Shown here piece by piece: positions 55,570-64,000 of a stretch of 64,000 nt of DNA. The translations under genes and the position numbers were made by a program. How positions within the stretch are numbered: the first letter of the stretch is position 1; the number at the start of each line of letters is the position of its first letter. The DNA lies in contig OX597837.1 in the NCBI GenBank assembly GCA_951406725.2, positions 39,246,001-39,310,000 of the forward strand, in the 5' to 3' direction. Below the pieces are notes generated by a model. The model made no database searches. It was not told where the DNA came from and worked only from the letters and a program-made list of their open reading frames with translations. This DNA comes from Octopus vulgaris (Eukaryota).

Positions 55570-56117
55570 AGTGTAATACCAGGCAGTGGCTCTCATGACT
55601 TCTGATCTTAACTGATTGGAAGTGTTATCATGTACATTGTTTTGTCTTGGTATAAAAGATGGGCTACAGCAAATATTCTGCTCAATACCACAGATTTGCC
55701 TCTCAGTTGCTTGACCTTAACCAGTTGAGCATGTCCCTTAGTGGCTGACGATATGTGCATCTCTGATCATGAGCAGAAGTAGTGGGGGAGCATCATAGCC
55801 ATATGTCGATAGTAATTCTTTGGGGTTTGAATAATTCACCTGGAAACATAGGTATTTTGTTCATCATCCTTAAAAAAACCCTTGTTGAGGGGCCTTTTGA
55901 GTGAGATGGGCTACTCGACCCGAAGAAATTTCTAACTGGGCCCCACCTGCAAAGTCATGCACTGTTTATCTCGATATGAGGTCATCATGTCATGCACATG
56001 TGGTTTTGATGCATGTGCCTTGTGTACCCTTATCAGATGGTAAGTCATGGTGGGTATATTAAGCATCATATATTTATCCCCTAATGTTACGTAGATTGCT
56101 CTTTCACTCAATAATAA
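55570..56117 (+). repeat. Interspersed repeat, probable LINE 3'UTR ending in (AAT)n
   Basis: Complex non-coding block bounded by (AAT)n, ending ctctttcactcaataataat; family not assignable from this window. Confidence 0.4.
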
Positions 56118-57095
56118 TATTTTCTATTATAAATGGATTATAGAATTTTTTTTTATTGTCTTCCATTTTTTTCTTAATTATTTTATTTACGCATTTAATA
56201 TATGGAAATTGGTTAACATGTATAGAGGGCAGATGTTCACATGTCAAGGATACTTGTCATAGCTATAGAGTACAGTTGACAGAATCATACCTAAATATTT
56301 TGCTTAATTACTTTATTGATTGATCTTAGAAATTTAGAGTTATTTCCATAATTAACTTCACTACCCTTAGTCATTTGCTATTAATTGCTTTAGTAACTGC
56401 AGCAATTTTACTGTAAATTATTTTGCTCTTTGCTGTTCAACCCCTAGAATTTCATGGTGAATTACATTTTTGAAACTAAAAATTTAACTGAAAATTAATT
56501 TAATGCCCCCCCACACACACACACACATACACACCAAACTCCTGAAAATTTGCTGGGATTTAAAAAAATTTTTATTGACCCTTAAAGTTTAATAATAATC
56601 CTTTCTATTATAAGCACAAGGCTTGAAGTTTGTGTGGAAGGGCCCTGTCAATTAGATTGACCCCAGTACACAACTGGTATTTAATTTATCGACCCTGAAA
56701 GTACGAAAGACAAAGTCGACCTCTGTAGAATTTGAACTCAGAATGTAACAACGGACAAAATGCTGCTAAGCATTTCACCCAGTGTGCTAATGATTCTGCC
56801 AGTTCACTGCCTTAATAATAATAATCATCATCCTCTCTACTGGAAGCACACTGATATTACCATAAAGACTGGGTTTATGGTTTTATTACTAAATTACCTC
56901 AAAGCAGTTTCTTCAATTTTTTACCAACTTCACCATCCACAATTCCTGAAGGTATTTTTGACATTGCCATTGATGAAAACCAGAAGTTTATTGGAGATAA
57001 GTATGCTCACTTGAAGAAACCCTCGTACATAACTGGTATTCATTTTCTCTCTCTCCAGGTTCTCTTCTGAACTCAAAAACCTGACTCAAGCCAAC

Positions 57096-57484
57096 AATGA
57101 TGAAGCACTCCGTCGGTTACGACGCTGAGGGTTCCGGTTGATCCGATCAACGGAACAGCTTGCTCGTGCAATTAACGTGTAAGTGGCTGAGCACTCCACA
57201 GACACGTGTACCCTTAACGTAGTTCTCGGGGATATTCAGCGTGACACAGAGAGTGACCAGGCCGGCCCTTTGAAATACAGGTACAACAGAAACAGGAAGT
57301 AAGAGTGAGAGAAAGTTGTGGTGAAAGAGTACAGCAGGGATCACCACCATCCCCTGCCGGAGCCTCGTGGAGCTTTAGGTGTTTTCGCTCAATAAACACT
57401 CACAACGCCCGGTCTGGGAATCGAAACCGCGATCCTACAACCGCGAGTCTGCTGCCCTAACCACTGGGCCATTGCGCCTCCACG
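57096..57484 (-). mobile_element. tRNA-derived SINE family C, full length with 9-bp TSD
   Basis: Head gtggaggcgcaatggcccagtggttagggc...gtttcgattccc; caagccaac at 57087-95 and 57485-93. Related copies 6195-6488, 34024-34381, 43050-43316, 51335-51552. Confidence 0.8.
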
Positions 57485-57809
57485 CAAGCCAACTATATCT
57501 CTTCCATGTCTGGTCCACATTACTCTAGGCTCTGTTCTTTGACCTGTCCAGCATACGGTCAGGCTTGACCAAGAGTTCGGGTTCTTCTGACATAGCTTTC
57601 AGGGTCATTAAGGCATAAAAGTCCACAACACAAAAACAAGGATTGGACCTTAGAGTAGCAGTTATGCATTAGGGTCTTTCGAATTGCTCATACAAATGAA
57701 CATCACCACTTCACCCTAGTTCCCTTCTTGCTATTTCTGTGCCAATACAAGACATTACTGTTATAATTGTTGCTATTTATTACTGTTTTACCCTTTGTTA
57801 TTGTTGCTG

Positions 57810-57846
<37 letters not shown>

Positions 57847-58472
57847 GTTATTATTGTTGTTGATAATGTTTGTTGTTGTTGTTTGCTAGCTGTCCAGTAA
57901 GTTTCTTTAATTATGTTCTTAATCCAAGTAAGTACTATCTACTGTCTTTATAAACAAAAGACATGCCTAGTCTAGTCCTCTCTCTCTTTCTTTCTCTCTC
58001 TCTCTCTCTCTGTCTTAGTCCTAACCATCTGTTTAGATTCAGCACCATTTTCTTCATCCTTCTTATCTCCCTTTGCAAGTTACCTCTCTCTCTCTCTCTC
58101 CCTCTCTCTCTTTTTCTCTTATTCAACATACAATTTTTCCCTGCTCACACGCACAAATTGATGGAGCATTCTCTTTGTGCAACTTACACTGGGTGTGTAT
58201 GTATGTGTGTGTTTGTATGTATATATATATATATGTGCTGGTGACAAGTAAAAAGCACCAACCGATCGTGGCCGCTGCCAGCCTCCCCTGGCACCTGTGC
58301 CAGTGGCATGTAAAAAGCACCCACTACACCCGCGGAGTGGTTGGCGTTTAGGAAGGGCATCCAGCTGTAGAATCATTGCCAGATCAGAATGGAGCCTGGT
58401 GCAGCCTCCTGACTTCCCAGACCCCAATCGAACCGTCCAACCTGTGCTAGCATAGAAAACGGATGTTAAACG

Positions 58473-58506
<34 letters not shown>

Positions 58507-60021
58507 ACTGATGGTGCCCAGCATGGCCACAGCTTTAGGACTGTAATGTATAAAAGAATAAATATGTATAAAAACAATGAAGGCAGCTATATGCAATATA
58601 AAACCTGAAGGGAAAAAATTTATTATAGACATCAGAGCACTTGCATTTGGGCTCCACTGGTTACCTGCGGCACATCTACATGATGCTCAATTTCTTTTGT
58701 AAAGATAATGTATGAACAGCGTATGTGTGTCTATGTATGTATGCATGTATATATATGTATATGTGTGTGTGTGTATGTATGTATATGTGTGTGTGTGTAT
58801 GTATGTATGCATGCGTGTGTGTATATATGTATGCATGCGTGTGTGTGTGTGTATGTATATATGCATGCGTGTGTCTGTGTGTGTGTATGTATGTATGTAT
58901 GCGTGCGTGTGTGTGTGTGTGTATGTATGCGTGTGTGTGTGTATATGTATGCATGCATGCGTGTGTGTGTGTGTGTGTATGTATATATGCATGCGCGCGT
59001 GTGTGTGTGTATATGTATGCATGCATGTGTGTGTGTGTATGTATGCATGTGTGTATGTGTGTATGTATGCGTGTGTGTATGTATGCATGTGTGTGTGTGT
59101 GTGTATATATATATGTATGTGTGTGTGTGTGTGTGTATTTGAATGTCCTCATCTTGACATCACATGATGGTTGTAAATGTGTATCACTGTCGTACAAGCG
59201 ACATCATTCACTTTCAGTCTGCAGTGAAAAACATTTTCTGGTCATGGGGGAAATATTACATTACCTTTCTTGCAGTCAAAGTAAGGGTTGGTGACAGGGA
59301 GGGCATCCAGTCACAGAGAAGTCTGCCTTAATGAATTCCATCTGACCCATGCAAGAAGCCAGGAAGAATGAGCACTAAAATGATGGGGATGATGATATTG
59401 GTATGAGGATGGCTATGTGGTTAAGAAGTTTGGGGTACCTTGAGGCAATGTCTTCTAAGAAACTCTTGGGAGTGAATTTGGTAGATGGAAATTAGAAGAT
59501 GGCTTCTGTGTGTGTGTGTTATTAGAAAGGGCATCCAGCTTTAGAAACCATGTCAAATTGGACAGTTTGGCACAGTCCTAGATTGCCAACTCCTGTTAAA
59601 CCATCCAACCCATGCCAGCATGGAAAATGGGCATTAAATGATAATGATGATATATATATATATATATATTTCTTTACTACCCACAAGGGGCTAAACACAG
59701 AAGGGACAAACAAACGAATTAAGTCGATTACATCGACACCAGTGCGTAACTGGTTCTTAATTTATCGACACCGAAAGGATGAAAGGCAAAGTCGACCTCG
59801 GCAGAATTTGAACTCAGAACACAACAGTGGACGAAATACCGCAAAACACTTCGCCCGGCGTGCTAATGTTTCTGCCTGCTCGCCTTATATATATATATAT
59901 ATATATAGGCGCAGGAGTGTGGTAAGTAGCTTGCTTACCAACCACATGGCTCCGGGTTCAGTCCCACCAACCAAAGCCTTGTGAGTGGATTTGGTAGATG
60001 GAAACTCAAAGAAGACTGTCG

Positions 60022-60062
<41 letters not shown>

Positions 60063-60903
60063 ATGTTTGTGTGTCTGTGTTTGTCCCCTAGCATTGCTTG
60101 ACAACCGATGGTGGTGTAGTTATGTCCCCGTAACTTAGCAGTTCGACAAAAGAGAGACCGATAGAATAAGTACTGGGCTTACAAAAGAATAAGTCCCGGG
60201 GGTCGATTTGCTCGACTAAAGGCGGTGCTCCAGCATGACCGCAGTCAAATGACTGAAACAAGTAAAAGAGTATATACACACATATACACATGAATGTGAG
60301 TGATGTCTAACAGCCCCTATAACATTCAGAAACTTACATCACTGCCCCCATTTTCCTCCCCCTATAAACACACACACTGTTGTATAATGGATCATGTAGT
60401 GTGTAGAAAGCATGGTAATGTAGTATGTATATTGATTGTTTTTGTAAGCATTATACACACACACACTCCTAAAGGCCTGTCTTTGACAGTCATAGAATAT
60501 ACACCCTTCACTTGTCATGTTAGTGTTTTTATAAATCATACATAATCCTGTATTTGCATATTGATCTTTATCTATAATATTTAGCGATTGATCTAGTTAT
60601 TTGTCTATGTACTAGTGAAATACTAAAGGAGGGTATAAACATTTGTAGCAATTTTTATGTATATGTATGTGTATATAGAGATATATATATATATATATAT
60701 ATGTGTGTATATATGTAGTTTATAATTGTTCGAAAATTTACAGAGCTTGTTTTTGGCATTTGCTGACTTCACAAGGATTGTCTGTGGGGAGAGATAAATG
60801 CAATTTGTAGATGTTGACAGTAAAGATAAGCGCTGCATGTTGCTGTTGAATAGATAGAGAAACAGATAGATAGATAGCTAGATAGATAGATAGATAGATA
60901 GAG

Positions 60904-61122
60904 CAGTGCTTTTCAAACTTTTTGCTGGAGCGGAACCCCAAGGAAACATTCCACTGGCTCAAGGAACCCCTGTGCAATAATTTGATAGTCTTATGCACAC
61001 ATATCTGCACAGGAGAATTAAAAATTACTGCCGATTTTAGCAGTTTTGTAACTTCTTGTGGAACCCCTGGACTGTACTGGCGAAACCCTAAGGTTCCGTG
61101 GAACCCTGGTTGAAAACCACTG
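60904..61122. mobile_element. hAT (Charlie-like) MITE in a (GATA)n tract
   Basis: TIRs CAGTGCTTTTCAAAC / GGTTGAAAACCACTG; 8-bp flanks agatagag/agatagat; truncated copy at 45474-45586 (-). Confidence 0.75.
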
Positions 61123-61514
61123 AGATAGATAGATAGATAGATAGGTGGGCAAACTGTGATTTTGACTAGATTGGTACATAGATAAGTACAGTACTGTTCG
61201 ATATTTTTGAGATAAGGAATTCTGTTCATTATTTACAACGGACGGATATTTGTCCTCATTTTGTTTGTTGTTACCACAACATTTCGGCTGATGTACTCTC
61301 CAGCCTTCATCAGGTGTCCTGGTAGAATTTTGAACCCAACCCTCCATGCCTGCACCTATACCATCGGTCATGGTTGTTTTGCTTAATTTTTATCGGTTAA
61401 TTAGTGTAACATTAAAAAAAAAATGTGACAGATGTTTGTTTACAGCTTTGACTATAATAGACTGAGGTCGTTTAGTACATATTGCCTTTACCTACATAGT
61501 TGTATCTGCTTGAA

Positions 61515-61840
61515 AGCACATGGCTCAATGGTTAGAGTGTCGGGCTCACAATCATGAGGTTGTGAGTTCGATTCCCAGATTGTGCCGTGAGATTGAGCAA
61601 GACACTTTATTTCACGTTGCTCCAGTTCACTCAGCTGTAGAAATGAGTTGTGATGTCACTGGTGCCAAGCTGTATCGGCCCCTTTGCCTTTCCCTTGGAT
61701 AACACCGGTGGCATGGAGCGAGGAGGCTGGTATGCATGGGTGACACTGCTGGTCTTCCATAAACAACCTTGCCCGGACTTGTGCCTCGGAGGGGAACTTT
61801 CTAGGTGCAGTCCCTTGGTCATTGACGACCAAAAGGGGTC
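61515..61840 (+). mobile_element. tRNA-derived SINE family D (representative)
   Basis: tggctca.tggttagag...gagttcgattccc head, cttgagcaagacact core; copies at 8460-8750, 11170-11340, 38182-38520. Confidence 0.75.
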
Positions 61841-62340
61841 TTCACCAGTTGTATCTGCTTATTTGTGAATATGTGTTTCTTTACTACCCACAAGGGGCTA
61901 AACACAGAGGGGACAAACAAGGACAGACAAAGGGTATTAAGTCGATTACATCGACCCCAGTGCGTAACTGGTACTTAATTTATCGACCCCGAAAGGATGA
62001 AAGGGAAAGTCGACCTCGGCGGAATTTGAACTCAGAACATAATGGCAGACGAAATACGGCTCTGCATTTCTCCCGGCGTGCTAACGTTTCTGCCAGCTTG
62101 TCGCCCTCCTTATTTGTGGATATGTCATCATCATCATTATTTTAATGTCTGTGTCGGTGCATACATGAATCAGACGGAATTCGTTAGCAAAAGCAGATTC
62201 TCCATGGCTCTGGATGCTCTTCCTGTTGCTAACCTTTGCCTTGTTTCCAAGCAAGGTCATATTGACATCACTTGTATGGTGGTGAATCTCATTCACAGCT
62301 GTCATGCAATGACAAGACAGAGACACGAAAACACACACAC

Positions 62341-62377
<37 letters not shown>

Positions 62378-62679
62378 CTCTTTTTACTAGTTTCAGCTGT
62401 TTGATTGCAGCCATGCTGGGGCACCACCTTTAGTCAAACAAATCGACCCCAGGACTTATTCTTTGTAAACCTAGTACTTATTCTATCGGTCTCTTTTGCA
62501 ATGCAGCATGTCACTTCCAAGTTTCTGGCAGAGAATTGCATCATGGTGCTGTTTTTCTCACACACAGTGCCCAACTGACCCTACTATACTGTGCAGTTGA
62601 CAAAATCAAAAACAATGTGCAGGTACGAAATTAAAAATATAAAACGGTGACAATTTACCCATTTGCACCGTGTATGTAT

Positions 62680-63093
62680 ATAAGTTAAGTTAATTTTTTG
62701 GCGCAAAAAGCAATGTAGGGGAACATGGAGTTATGTACAGGGTGGTGTTCATGCAAAGAGTTCAGGCCATTTGTGGTCAAGGGAGACTTTGAACCGAGCG
62801 GTCGTCAGCATCTTCACTATCTCATCCGGCAGCTTATTCCACGGATCCGCAACCCAGACGGAGAAAGCCCCTCTCCGATTGAGATGAAATCGTCGCAGAT
62901 AGAGCTTTTCGGAGTGACCCCACAGCCGACGCTCTGAAGCAGGAGTGAAGAACAGCTCTTTCAAGAGGTTACACTTTCCGCTTATGATGTGAGCAAGAAT
63001 GAGATCACCATGGCATCGTCGTTTTTCTAGAGAATAAAGGTCGAGCGTTTTCAGCCTTTCTTCATAAGACAAATGCTTGAGACCAAGAACCAT
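62680..63093 (-). mobile_element. CR1-group LINE 3' fragment
   Basis: GLKHLSYEERLKTLDLYSLEKRR..GDLI...GHSEKL...WNKLP...FKVSLD; short tandem tail near 62681. Confidence 0.85.
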
Positions 63094-63264
63094 GCGGTAT
63101 ATGATGGGCTTCTTTTAGATTCTGGCTGTGAAATCTACTCAAAAGGCTTTAGTTGGCCCAGGAGTATAGTAGTAAACACTTACTCATGGTGCTGTGCAGT
63201 GGGATTGAACCTCCAAATCCTGTGACTGAGAAACAAACCTCTTAACTGCACAGCCACGTCTACA

Positions 63265-63328
<64 letters not shown>

Positions 63329-63640
63329 CACACACAAAAGGGATATGGCCTAATTGTTAGGGTGAAGGGCTCAGTCATAATGTCAGGGTTTCAATTCCTG
63401 AACTAAGAAATCTCATTGTGGGCTTGAGCAAGACACTTCATTTTATGTTGCTCCAGTTAACTCAGTGCTGGTGATGTCCTCTCTCTCTCTCTCCTTCCAG
63501 CTGTCGCATCTTCATCATGTGTTGTCGAGTGAATGACTGAGAGGTTCAATATAGCATTTGGTGTCTCTTCATTATGACTTAATCACTCAAAACAATTAGA
63601 AGCATGGAACATGCTACCAAGTCAAACACATTTGCAAATG

Positions 63641-63671
<31 letters not shown>

Positions 63672-63767
63672 AAAGCTAAGAGGTCATATTTATTAAACTA
63701 TTTCTGCAGCAAAAGGTCTTCTCATATTCAAGTACACATGAGCATATCAAATATCACTGTACATGCA

Positions 63768-63869
<102 letters not shown>

Positions 63870-64000
63870 TGTGTTTGTTTGTATATGTGTGTGTATGTAT
63901 ATATATGTGTGTGTGTGTTTGAATATATATGTGTATGTGTGTGTTTGTATATATGTGTGTTTGTATATGTGTGTGTGTGTTTGTATGTGTGTGTTTGTAT

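Noticed and set aside
57720-57903. Hydrophobic stretch as the missing TM exon, and a 7-nt tag|CTGTCCA|gtaagt micro-exon
   Set aside because: Hydrophobicity comes from (ATT)/(GTT) repeats, no convincing acceptor; the 7-nt exon cannot be supported from sequence alone.

Overview
Eukaryotic, repeat-saturated genomic DNA; the SINE/RTE/microsatellite landscape points to an octopus (coleoid cephalopod), which is inference from repeat content. Nearly all ORFs in the supplied track are microsatellite or repeat artefacts. One real spliced gene can be assembled on the + strand from three GT-AG exons (29178-29235, 35672-35891, 41408-41460; candidate 27-nt micro-exon 49232-49258). It encodes a Spitz/Keren-like EGF-receptor ligand: signal peptide, predicted mature N-terminal Cys, Ser/Thr stalk and one EGF module split by an intron between Cys4 and Cys5. 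No transmembrane exon is evident in the window. The introns and flanks hold several minimal hammerhead-ribozyme motifs in fold-back elements (one intact, at 36584-36631 minus strand), a tRNA-headed SINE with a hammerhead-type tail, CR1/RTE LINE remnants, Tc1/mariner, hAT, piggyBac-like and Helitron-like non-autonomous elements, nested SINEs with TSDs, long hairpins and several satellites.
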